Source: Dehalococcoidia bacterium (GTDB lineage Bacteria; Chloroflexota; Dehalococcoidia; Bin125). Taken from it: 64,000 bases of DNA. The stretch lies in NCBI GenBank assembly GCA_963555985.3, contig OY820591.1:2016001-2080000 (forward strand). The letters run 5' to 3'. Below, piece by piece: positions 9,795 to 18,097 of the stretch (the first letter of the stretch is position 1; each line of letters opens with the position of its first letter). The translations under genes were made by a program, and so were the position numbers. The notes beneath the pieces were generated by a model. The model was not told the DNA's origin and made no database searches. It was given only the letters and a program-made list of their open reading frames with translations.

Positions 9795-9846
9795 TTCTCC
9801 CCTCCCCCGCAGAGTGGGGGAGGGGTCACGAAGTGACAGGGGGAGT
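9795..9846. repeat. REP-like GC-rich palindrome (CCCCTCCCCC..GGGGGAGGGG family) between convergent genes
   Basis: cccctcccccgcagagtgggggagggg hairpin; relatives at 13118, 15292 and 43007. Confidence 0.65.
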
Positions 9847-9867
9847 CCGACACTTGCACAACTCAAC

Positions 9868-10752
9868 CTACCGATCGGGCACAATCAGTCCGCCGGCGGT
9901 GCGGCGCATCCCCTCCGGGGTTGCCGCCGCCTCGCGGGCGCGGCCGGCTGCGGCCGCGATCGGGTCTACACCCGCCGGCTGCTGCGCCGGGGCTGGGCGA
10001 CGCGCTCCTGGAGGGGGCGCGGGGGGACGCCAGGCGCTGACCGTGCCCGCCTGCGACTCCGGCGGATTCAGCGCCGCCCGCTCCGGATTTGACTGGCAGA
10101 GCCGCACGTACTCGATCAGCGCCAGCGGGTCGATTAGGCCGAGACCGGCCGGCTGCTCGTCGACGAAGGTGGCTGGGACTCCGCTCACGCCTGCGCGCTG
10201 GGCGAGCGGGGCGAATTCGTCGATCTCGAACACGTCGGCCTGCAACTTTGGCGAGAGCAGCGCCGCCGCGCAGGCGGCCAGCGCCGCCTGGCCCGAGTTC
10301 GAGTCCAGCGCGGAGCCCAGCACGCGGAGGCGGGACGGCCGGCGCAGCTTGGCTAGCGCCCGCTTCATCACGACCGAGGGTTTCGCTTGCCGGGTCGAGG
10401 CCAGCACCAGGGCGCGGATTAGGGCCACCAGCAGATGCCCGTTGGGCGCTCCGTAGAAGCGCAAGGGACGGTTTAACTCTCCCCGCACCAGGAGGCAGGG
10501 GACATCGATCACATCGCGGCGCTCGGCCAGCTCCGGCTCCTCGGCGTGTTCGTAGATTGTGAGTTGGAGCTTGTCGGAGAGACTGGCGATCTCTTCGTAG
10601 AGTTCAATCGCGAGCTCGCAGGTTGGGCGTTCGGCGCGTCCGGGGACCATTACGCGGAGGCGGGTTTGATGGAAGTACTCCAGCTTGAGCTTGCCCTCCA
10701 GAGCGGAGAGCTGCTGCCGGATCTGCGTCCGCTCGGAACCGGCTAGCGCCAT
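9868..10752 (-). CDS. two-domain thioredoxin-fold protein (protein-disulfide oxidoreductase/AhpF-NTD-like) with degenerate CxxC motifs
   Basis: EEIASLSDKL, DVPCLLV..RFYGAPNG and EFAPLAQRAGVSGVPATFV match the PDO architecture; Pro-rich tail. Confidence 0.7.
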   Translation of the reverse strand: MALAGSERTQIRQQLSALEGKLKLEYFHQTRLRVMVPGRAERPTCELAIELYEEIASLSDKLQLTIYEHAEEPELAERRDVIDVPCLLVRGELNRPLRFYGAPNGHLLVALIRALVLASTRQAKPSVVMKRALAKLRRPSRLRVLGSALDSNSGQAALAACAAALLSPKLQADVFEIDEFAPLAQRAGVSGVPATFVDEQPAGLGLIDPLALIEYVRLCQSNPERAALNPPESQAGTVSAWRPPAPPPGARRPAPAQQPAGVDPIAAAAGRAREAAATPEGMRRTAGGLIVPDR

Positions 10753-10810
10753 CGTCCATCCCTCGTGTTCCAGCGGTTGCCGCTTGTGTAGATCACAATC
10801 CTAGCCCGCT

Positions 10811-10842
10811 GCGATTGCCGCGCTTCGCCTCGGCAATGACGG
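10811..10842. repeat. REP-like palindrome (GATTGCC..GGCAATGAC family)
   Basis: gcgattgccgcgcttcgcctcggcaatgacgg; reverse-orientation relative at 42871. Confidence 0.65.
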
Positions 10843-10860
10843 AGGCGGGGACACACCACT

Positions 10861-11850
10861 TCACTCCGACCCATCCTGCAAGACCCAGGCCACAGCGGAG
10901 CGCAGTTCGGCTTCGGTGGCGCTGCCCTCGAAGGTGTAGCGGATGATGCCCTCGGCGTCGATGACGAAGACCCAGGGTTCGCTGGGCAGACGCCAGGCGA
11001 CGAAGGCTTCGGCCTCGACCAGACGCTGGGTTTCGGCGGGGTTCTCGAAGACTTCTACGTGGATGCCGGAGAGGGCTGGGGCGAACTCTCGCCAGACTGT
11101 TTTGACGGCTTCGAGGACCGGCCCGCAGGTGCGGGAGTGGCAGAAGGCGGGCGTCGCAAACGCCAGGATTAGCGGCTTGTCCAAGTCCAGCGCTTCCGCG
11201 ATCGAGTATTGGTAGAGACCGGGTTCGGGTTCCGGATCGCTGGTCAACTCGGCCAGCGATTGGACCTGCTCGCGGGTGCGGGAGTCGGTGCGCGGGGCTC
11301 GTTCGCCGACACTCGGGGCTTGCGGACGCTCGCGGACGCTGAAGCGCAGCCGGGTGAGGCCGGGCTCGGCGCAGCAGGAGGTGAGCTCGAACTCCAAGCC
11401 CCAGAGCCCGGCCGAGGTCAGGCGCACGGGCAGGAGGTAGAGTCCGGCGCCGATCGGCTGCGCGCGGTCGGAGACGCTTGCATTGGCGTGTCCGTGGGGG
11501 GTGAAGGCTGTATTCGATCCGGTACTGCTGCCGTAGGGGATGAAGCGCGCGTACTGCACGGAGCGCGGCTTCGACTTGTCCGCCTCCGGGCCTTCGAGGG
11601 CGTAGAGGCCGACTCGCACGGTAGGCGGCTCGTCGCCTTGTGCGAGTCCGTCCAGCGTGAACGCGATCCGGGTTACGCCGACTGCGAGGTCTTGGGTGGC
11701 CAGCACCGGCAGCCAAGCGGCGTTGCCGACTTCGGCGACCAGCCAGGGATCGTGCGGGTTGAGCGGCTGCTCATCGTCTGTTCCGCAGGCGGTTGCGATT
11801 GCCGCAAGCGCGAGCGCGCAGCATAGGCTGAGGATGCGGGGCGAAGGCAC
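10861..11850 (-). CDS. lipoprotein with C-terminal thioredoxin-like domain
   Basis: Lipobox IATAC; FATPAFCHSRTCGP (Cx4C) and LPSEPWVFVIDAEG motifs; start uncertain. Confidence 0.7.
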   Translation of the reverse strand: MPSPRILSLCCALALAAIATACGTDDEQPLNPHDPWLVAEVGNAAWLPVLATQDLAVGVTRIAFTLDGLAQGDEPPTVRVGLYALEGPEADKSKPRSVQYARFIPYGSSTGSNTAFTPHGHANASVSDRAQPIGAGLYLLPVRLTSAGLWGLEFELTSCCAEPGLTRLRFSVRERPQAPSVGERAPRTDSRTREQVQSLAELTSDPEPEPGLYQYSIAEALDLDKPLILAFATPAFCHSRTCGPVLEAVKTVWREFAPALSGIHVEVFENPAETQRLVEAEAFVAWRLPSEPWVFVIDAEGIIRYTFEGSATEAELRSAVAWVLQDGSE

Positions 11851-11972
11851 ATAACGCGCACGAACATAAGGGCCGCCCAGATAAGCGTTGACAAGGCTGG
11901 CGGCGGCGCGTTGAATTAGCAATGTCAACGGCATAGGCGGGTGATCAATAGTCCCGCGAGCGGAGCGAAGCG

Positions 11973-12194
11973 ATGGCCTACAGCACCACCAACCAGCGCG
12001 GGCGCATTTACTACCTCCATGCCAAGGTGGTCGAACTGCGCAACCACCGGCAGCAACGAATCTACTTTTTCGCCCCCGAGATCCAGGAGGGCGTGCTGGA
12101 GGACATTCCCGACGGCTTCGAGGTCGTGGAGAACCAGCGCACCGGATTGCCGGTCCTCCGCCGCATTCGCACCGAGGTCAAAGCGAGCGCCTGA
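11973..12194 (+). CDS. small hypothetical protein (73 aa)
   Basis: GGAG SD, TTGACA upstream, host-like codon usage, globular-looking sequence (YYLH, IYFFA, VVENQRTGLPVL). Confidence 0.8.
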   Translation: MAYSTTNQRGRIYYLHAKVVELRNHRQQRIYFFAPEIQEGVLEDIPDGFEVVENQRTGLPVLRRIRTEVKASA

Positions 12195-12263
12195 CCCGGT
12201 ACCCCGCGAGCTTCCCGGAGCGCCCGCCCTCACGCCCGTCCGCGCCATGCGTTTCCACCTTCC

Positions 12264-13076
12264 CTATCTTGTAGGCCGTCCGTTAAGCAGCGCCAGCGCC
12301 GCCCCGTGCAGCGCCTCGGTCGCCGCCGCCAGCACTTGCGCCCCGGAGCCGAGCCGCAGCGCCCGGCCCTCCCAGTCCGTCATGATTCCGCCCGCGCCGC
12401 TGACGATCGGCGGCAGCGCCAGATAGTCCCAGGGGCGCAGCGACGACTCCGCGACCAGATCGATCCAGCCCATCGCCAGCAGGCCGTAGGCGTAGCAGTC
12501 GATCCCGTAGCGAACCCGCCCCAGCGAGCCTGACAAGCGTTCCCAGGCCGCCCGTTCCGCGCCCTCGAACATGTCCGGCGTGGTGGCATAACCCGCCGAA
12601 CGATGCAATTCTGTCGTGGACGAGCTGTGGACAATGTGTAAGCCGAATCTGGTGCGGGCGGGCTGATCGGGGAACGCAACCCCCGTCCAGCGCTCTCTCG
12701 TGATCGGCTGATCGATCATGCCCAAGACCGGCTCGCCCGCGCACAGCAGCGCAATCAGCGTGCCGAAGGTGGGCAAGCCTGAGACGAAGGCGCCGGTTCC
12801 GTCGATTGGATCGATCACCCAGACCCATTCAGCCGCGTCGCTCTCGGAGCCGAATTCTTCGCCGATCACGCCGTGATCGGGAAAGCGATCGGCGATCCGC
12901 TCGCGAATCGCTGTTTCCGCTGCGCGATCCGCTTTGGTCACGGGCGAGCCGTCGGCTTTGCTGTCGACCTCGAGCGGACGGCGGAACCAGGGGCGGATGG
13001 CGTCGCCGGAGGCGTCGGCCAGTTCGTTTGCGAACGCGGTGTAAGTCTGAGTTGGGGATTGGGCGGGCGTGGTCAT
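12264..13076 (-). CDS. hisN: histidinol-phosphatase, inositol monophosphatase family
   Basis: SPVTKADR, GEEFG, WVIDPIDGT, FGTLIAL, DCYAYGLLA and PWDYLAL motifs. Confidence 0.85.
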   Translation of the reverse strand: MTTPAQSPTQTYTAFANELADASGDAIRPWFRRPLEVDSKADGSPVTKADRAAETAIRERIADRFPDHGVIGEEFGSESDAAEWVWVIDPIDGTGAFVSGLPTFGTLIALLCAGEPVLGMIDQPITRERWTGVAFPDQPARTRFGLHIVHSSSTTELHRSAGYATTPDMFEGAERAAWERLSGSLGRVRYGIDCYAYGLLAMGWIDLVAESSLRPWDYLALPPIVSGAGGIMTDWEGRALRLGSGAQVLAAATEALHGAALALLNGRPTR

Positions 13077-13117
13077 GCTTGCACTGTATCGCTGCTTTGG
13101 ATGCCTCTCTGTCGCTG

Positions 13118-13168
13118 GTCTCCCCGCCTGTGCGGGGGAAGCGGGGAGTTGCGCGAGAGGGTGCGGCG
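13118..13168. repeat. REP-like palindrome downstream of the terminase gene
   Basis: tctccccgcctgtgcgggggaagcggggagttgcgcgagagggtgc; similar to the 9795 element. Confidence 0.5.
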
Positions 13169-13176
13169 GGCATGGG

Positions 13177-14598
13177 TTAGAGCTGGTTTCTCATGCTGGC
13201 GATGCGGCCGCGGTCGACGGGCGGGAGGTGGAAGAACTCGATCCGGGTGGTTGGCGGTTCGAGTTGGGGTTGGGCGAGTTCGTGGCAGTAGCGGTCGGCG
13301 TCGAGGAGGTCGTCGTCGCGGTCCCGGGGTTGGGGGTTGGCGGCGCGGGGGTCTCGCCACTGGTACTCCCTCATCCGGCGCGGGAACTGGACGAGCTCGG
13401 GGGTGTAGAAGGACTGAGGCGGGTCGGCGGCGAGCCGCTCTTGCACCAGGCCGATGCCCTGGTGGACGGAGCCGGGCCCGCCCCGGCTGGGGCGGATGTC
13501 GCGCCCGCGGCGGTGAAGGTGGTCGATCCAGGCGGACTGCGTGCGGTCGGCGTTCCAACTGATTGAGCCGAAGCGCCGGCGGCACTGGTGCATCCACTGT
13601 TCGAGGCGTTGGGTGACGCCCGGGCCGCGGTCCTCGAACTCGGCCAGGCGGATGAGGACATTGGGTCCGCAGACGGCATGGCGGGTGGTGAGTCCGGCGA
13701 CGATGCCGGCGGTGTAGTGGGCTTGCTCGGTCTGGGCGCCGAAGTCGAGGCCGCCGAGGTAGCGCTCGAAGCTGGGCAGGCGCTTATCCCAGAGGTGGCG
13801 TTTGGGGTCGAACTTGGGGTAGACCAGACCCTCGAAGGCGTCGAAGCGGCCCTCGATGAAGCGTTCGACCCAGTCGGGCGGGAGCAGAGCGCGCTGCTGT
13901 TCGGCGTAGTTGTCGGGGAGATGGGGGTTGTCCTCGATCTTGGCGGGGATGAAGACGGCTTGTCCGCCGGCGTGCTCGAGTTCAGCTTTGTTCAGTTCGC
14001 GTTGGACGAACCAGCGCTCGAACCAGCCCGGGTGGGGGTTGGAGGCGGCCACGAACCAGCGTTGGGGCTGGGCCGGGTGTCTGAGGCGAGTGAGCAGCAT
14101 CTGGGCGGCTTCTTCGGCGACTTCTCCGGCTTCGTCGATGAGCACGGTTCCGTACTGCTGGGAGCCGAGGCCGGTCCAGTCGGAGAGATGGCGAAAGTGG
14201 ATCGTGGAGGGTTCGCTCGAGTACTGGAGGCTGCTGACCGTGAGGGAATGGGTGGGTGAACTGCGGCGTTGGACAGTGAGGTCGGGGTCTGCGGTGCAGA
14301 TGCGCAGGAACTCGCCCATGGTCGTGGTGTAGAGGTCTGTGAACGTGTCGCGTGCGAGCAGGATGTTGTTGCCCGGGAAGATCAAGGCCGCGTCCAGGGC
14401 GAGCTCGGCCAGGGCGCGGGTCTTGCCGCCGCCCATGGCGCCGCCGTAGCCGACCAGGGCGAGGCCGGGATTGGGCACGGTAGCGACTGCGCAACAGAGC
14501 TCGCGCTGTCTGTCCGTCGGAAAAAAACCGCGAGACTTGTGCAAGCGGTCGAACGCAACGACCGCCCGCTTTGAGCTGGGGGTATTACTGTGGCTCAT
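13177..14598 (-). CDS. terL: phage terminase large subunit (orphan)
   Basis: PTDRQ adenine-binding motif, Walker A GGAMGGGKT, Walker B VLIDEAGE, motif III ASNP, DNPHL, nuclease GLDFG and DDLLDADRY. Confidence 0.88.
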   Translation of the reverse strand: MSHSNTPSSKRAVVAFDRLHKSRGFFPTDRQRELCCAVATVPNPGLALVGYGGAMGGGKTRALAELALDAALIFPGNNILLARDTFTDLYTTTMGEFLRICTADPDLTVQRRSSPTHSLTVSSLQYSSEPSTIHFRHLSDWTGLGSQQYGTVLIDEAGEVAEEAAQMLLTRLRHPAQPQRWFVAASNPHPGWFERWFVQRELNKAELEHAGGQAVFIPAKIEDNPHLPDNYAEQQRALLPPDWVERFIEGRFDAFEGLVYPKFDPKRHLWDKRLPSFERYLGGLDFGAQTEQAHYTAGIVAGLTTRHAVCGPNVLIRLAEFEDRGPGVTQRLEQWMHQCRRRFGSISWNADRTQSAWIDHLHRRGRDIRPSRGGPGSVHQGIGLVQERLAADPPQSFYTPELVQFPRRMREYQWRDPRAANPQPRDRDDDLLDADRYCHELAQPQLEPPTTRIEFFHLPPVDRGRIASMRNQL

Positions 14599-14941
14599 CC
14601 TCTTCCTCTTCGCTTTCCTCGTCCTCCGTCAGGGGGACGTCTTCGCCGCGCATGAGGGCGGCTGCTTGGGCGTGGACCGAGTGGAGGTGGAACTCCTTCT
14701 GCTGCTCAGCGGTGAGCGGGGCTTCGGGCAGGTGGGGGGAATGGTTGGGCCGGGGCGGGGGCTCGGGGTGGGGCACGATGCCGAGCGCGTGGTGGATCTC
14801 GCGGCTCTTGGGGTTGGCCGGGGAGAGTTCGCGGCGCAGGATGGCGAAGGCTTGGGCGCGGACGTAGCCGGGTTCGCGCTTGCAGAAGGCGAGCTCGCCG
14901 ACGCCGGCCATGGCGGACTGGTAGCTGTAGTTGAAGGGCAT
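14585..14941 (-). CDS. hypothetical protein (118 aa, acidic tail) overlapping the terL start
   Basis: AGAGGA SD before ATG 14941 (MPFNYSYQSA...EEEEDEPQ); 14-bp overlap with terL. Confidence 0.65.
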   Translation of the reverse strand: MPFNYSYQSAMAGVGELAFCKREPGYVRAQAFAILRRELSPANPKSREIHHALGIVPHPEPPPRPNHSPHLPEAPLTAEQQKEFHLHSVHAQAAALMRGEDVPLTEDEESEEEEDEPQ

Positions 14942-15038
14942 GGGTCGGGGTTCCTCTCTTGCTGAATAAAGGACACTTGATCTTATATGGATGGGTGTTC
15001 GGGTGGGTAGGTTGGGGGTGTGTCGTGGTTGACTGAGG

Positions 15039-15362
15039 GTTGGGTGCTGGTCACGGCGAGATACCCGCGACGGGGCGCGGGTATGACGGAGTTTGTTGGG
15101 GCGGGGATGACGGAGGTGGGGATTTTGCAACGGTCTCCGCAGGCGGGAGTCCGGATGCCATTCGAGACGCCGCATGGATTCCCGCGTTCGCGGGAATGAC
15201 GGAGATGGGGATCTACGCGCAGGTCTTCTCAAAGGGGAGAGGGGGATAAAGGGGGAGGGGAGTTGTTGGGCGGCGTTTGTGCTGGTTGGGGGCGTTTCAC
15301 CCCCTCTGCCCCGTTGGGGCATCTCCCCCTCAAGGGGGAGAGGGGACAAGGGGGAGAGGGGA
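15039..15362. repeat. composite nested REP/MITE cluster
   Basis: GAGATACCCGCG..CGCGGGTATGAC hairpin; end-like GATTTTGCAACGGTCTC (15121-15137); ATTCCC-N8-GGGAAT (15178-15197); second end-like GATCTACGCGCAGGTCT (15210-15226); CCCCTCTG..CTCCCCCTCAAGGGGGAG element (15292-15345). Confidence 0.8.
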
Positions 15363-15389
15363 GGTGTTGGGTCTCTTAGACTCGCGGTT

Positions 15390-15902
15390 ATGAGTGGGGC
15401 GCTTGACTTGGGTGGGCGATTTGTCTCGGCGCTTGGGGAGGCGCAGGGGGAGGTTGTGGATTGCGGATCTTGGGCTGAGGTGCTGGAGCGGGCGCTTGCG
15501 GCTTGTGGATCGGGTGAGCCGCTGCTTTCGCCTGAGGCTGCGCGTCTGGTTGGGGGTGGGCGCACTCCCGATTTGGACGATGCCGTTGCCGATGCGGCTG
15601 ATCAAGCGGTGGGGGTTGCGGTTGCCGAGCTTGGGATTGCGGCGACGGGATCGGTGTTGCTGGTGGAACCTGATCCGGCGGCGCGGACGGTGTCGCTGCT
15701 GACGCATCATTTGTTTGTGGGGCTGCGACGGGAGCGGATTTTGGCGGAATTGGAGGATGGGTTTGCTTGGCTTGCGGGGCAGCCTCGGGCGGCGGCATAT
15801 GCGACGTTTGTGACGGGGCCGTCGCGGACGGCGGATATTGAGCGTTCGTTGACGATTGGCGTGCAGGGTCCGCGCCGCCTGACTGTGGCGTTGCTGCCAT
15901 GA
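15390..15902 (+). CDS. lutC: lactate utilization protein C (LUD domain)
   Basis: GIAATGSV and FVTGPSRTADIERSLTIGVQGP motifs. Confidence 0.88.
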   Translation: MSGALDLGGRFVSALGEAQGEVVDCGSWAEVLERALAACGSGEPLLSPEAARLVGGGRTPDLDDAVADAADQAVGVAVAELGIAATGSVLLVEPDPAARTVSLLTHHLFVGLRRERILAELEDGFAWLAGQPRAAAYATFVTGPSRTADIERSLTIGVQGPRRLTVALLP

Positions 15903-18067
15903 CTGCGCCATTTGCGGAGCGGTATGGGAAGGCAGTGGGCGATCCTGAGCTGGGGCCGCGTTTGCTGGCGTTTCAGCGCTCGTGGCGGGAGAGCCGGGAT
16001 GCGCAGGTGCGGCGGCTGGAACAGCGCCGGGAGCAGTCGTTCGAGGAGTTGCGGCGCGATTTTGCGGCGGTCAAGGATCGGGTGCTTGAGCGGCATGAGG
16101 ACTACATCTCGGAGTTTCGAGCGAACGCGGAGGCGGCGGGCGCGGTGGTGGTAGAGCTTTCGACGGCGGAGGAGGCGGTGGCTTACATCGCCAACGTCTG
16201 CCGTGAGCGCGGGATCGAGTTGGTCGTTAAGAGCAAGTCGATGGTCTCGGAGGAGATCGAACTGAACGATGAGCTTGCGGAGCTCGGGATCACGGCGATC
16301 GAGACGGACTTGGGGGAGTGGCTGCTGCAACTGGCGAAGGAGCGTCCTTCGCATCTGGTGATGCCGGCGATTCACCAGAAACGGCAATTCGTCGCGGAGC
16401 TGCTGGGCGCGGAGTTGGATCGTGAGTTTGATCCGGACGACATTCCGGCGATGGTGGCGAGCGCGCGGGAGGGATTGCGGGGGCACTATCTGGCGGCGGG
16501 GGCGGGATTGACGGGTGCGAACGCGCTGGTGGCGGAAAGCGGCAGCATCATGGTGGTGACGAACGAGGGGAATATGCGGCTGGCGACCTCGCTGCCGGCG
16601 GTGCATTTTGTGACGGCGGGGATCGAGAAGCTCGTGCCGACGTGGGCGGACGCGGCGCGGCAATTGGAGTTGTTGCCGCGTTCGGCGACGGCGCAGACGT
16701 TGAGCACGTATACGACTTGCATTACGGGTCCGCAGCCCGGGCGCGAGATGCACATCATTCTGCTGGATAACGGTCGGCGGGCGATGGGGGAGGACTCCAC
16801 TTTTGCGGCGGCGCTGCGGTGCATCCGCTGCGGGGCTTGCGCGAATGTGTGTCCGCCTTATCAGGTGGTGGGGGGGCACGCTTTCGGGCATATCTACACG
16901 GGGGCGATCGGGTTGGTGAATACGGCGTTTCATCACACGGTCGCGGACGCGGCGGGGCCGCAGGGGTTGTGCGTGTCGTGCGGTGCGTGCGAGTCGGTGT
17001 GTCCGGTGGCGATCCCGCTGCCGAATCAGATTTTGCGGACTCGCAAGCGGGCGTCGGAGTCTGGGCACGCGCCGCGTTGGGAGCGGATTGTGCTGCGGGC
17101 GTGGTCGTCGCCGGGGCTGTTTCGGGCGGGGATGCGGCTTGCGGCGGTCGGGTCTGCGCTGGCGGCCGGGGTTGGGCTTGCGCGCAGGGGGCATCTTGCG
17201 CTGCCGCTGCCGAAGCGGTTGCGTTGGCGTGGTCTGCCTGTGATTCCGTGGCGTCATGCGCGGAGTCGGATTCGAGCGCGTCAGGCGCAGCCGACGCTGG
17301 CTGCAACGCCCGCCAGCGGGACGACGGTTGAGCTGTTTCTTCAGTGTCTGGCTGATCGGATTCTGCCGAACACTGCGGATGCGGCGGCTCGGTTGATTGA
17401 GGCGGGTGGCGCGTCGGTGCGGATTCCGGGGGATCAGCACTGCTGCGGTCTGCCGGCGTTCGATGCGGGGGATTGGGAGACGGCGCGGCGGATGGCGCGG
17501 CAGACGATCGTGGCGCTGGAGGATTCGGGCAACGCGATTGTGACACCTGCTCCCAGTTGTCTGATTGCGATGGAGCGGCACTGGCCGCAGCTGTTTGAGG
17601 AGGACGATCGCTGGCGTAGTCGTGGTGAGGCGGTCGCGGGCCGGGCGCATGATCTGGCGGGCTGGCTTGAGGGTCCCGGGCGGTTGCCGGACGGGTGTCT
17701 GGGCGGTTCGGAGACCGGCGAATCATGGACTGTGCATCGGTTCTGTCAGGCGACGAACACGCTTGGGGCGGGGGATCAGATTGATCGTCTGGTGGCTCGG
17801 CTGACGGGTGAACAGGCGGTTGCGTTGGACGAAGCTGAGGTTTGTTGCGGCTTTGGTGGGTTGACGTCGATTGCGGCTCCGGAAGTGGGGGCGGGGATTT
17901 TGGGGCGCAAGCTGGATTGTGTGGCGGCGAGCGGCTGCGGGACGCTGTTGAGTCATAATCCGGGTTGCGTTTTGCATCTGCGGGCGGGTGCGCACGCGGC
18001 GGGTGCGCCGCACCATACGCTCCACTACGCGGAGTACCTTGCCCGGCGTCTACCCGGCGTTCGTTGA
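15899..18067 (+). CDS. lutB: fused LutB-LutA iron-sulfur L-lactate dehydrogenase subunit
   Basis: KSKSMVSEEI, ETDLGEW, PSHLVMPAIH, CIRCGACANVCP and CVSCGACESVCP, then two CCG domains (QHCCG, EVCCGFGG). Confidence 0.9.
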   Translation: MTAPFAERYGKAVGDPELGPRLLAFQRSWRESRDAQVRRLEQRREQSFEELRRDFAAVKDRVLERHEDYISEFRANAEAAGAVVVELSTAEEAVAYIANVCRERGIELVVKSKSMVSEEIELNDELAELGITAIETDLGEWLLQLAKERPSHLVMPAIHQKRQFVAELLGAELDREFDPDDIPAMVASAREGLRGHYLAAGAGLTGANALVAESGSIMVVTNEGNMRLATSLPAVHFVTAGIEKLVPTWADAARQLELLPRSATAQTLSTYTTCITGPQPGREMHIILLDNGRRAMGEDSTFAAALRCIRCGACANVCPPYQVVGGHAFGHIYTGAIGLVNTAFHHTVADAAGPQGLCVSCGACESVCPVAIPLPNQILRTRKRASESGHAPRWERIVLRAWSSPGLFRAGMRLAAVGSALAAGVGLARRGHLALPLPKRLRWRGLPVIPWRHARSRIRARQAQPTLAATPASGTTVELFLQCLADRILPNTADAAARLIEAGGASVRIPGDQHCCGLPAFDAGDWETARRMARQTIVALEDSGNAIVTPAPSCLIAMERHWPQLFEEDDRWRSRGEAVAGRAHDLAGWLEGPGRLPDGCLGGSETGESWTVHRFCQATNTLGAGDQIDRLVARLTGEQAVALDEAEVCCGFGGLTSIAAPEVGAGILGRKLDCVAASGCGTLLSHNPGCVLHLRAGAHAAGAPHHTLHYAEYLARRLPGVR

Positions 18068-18097
18068 CGGTCAGCTTCAAGCGCTCAGTTTGCGAGG

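Noticed and set aside
5622-9859. Long minus-strand ORFs 5622..8210 and 8210..9859 (likewise 43103..45226, 15707..17650, 50114..51616)
   Set aside because: They lie antisense to well-supported genes, have no motifs, and are expected in high-GC DNA.
14521-14527. T7 run near the 5' end of terL as a phase-variation or frameshift site
   Set aside because: It is short and explained by Gly-Phe-Phe codons, and the frame is intact.
15039-15362. CRISPR array
   Set aside because: The repeats are heterogeneous palindromes without regular spacers, and there are no cas genes in the window.
15899-18067. LutB-LutA fusion as a novelty
   Set aside because: Fused LUD/4Fe-4S/CCG lactate dehydrogenase subunits are already known in other bacteria.
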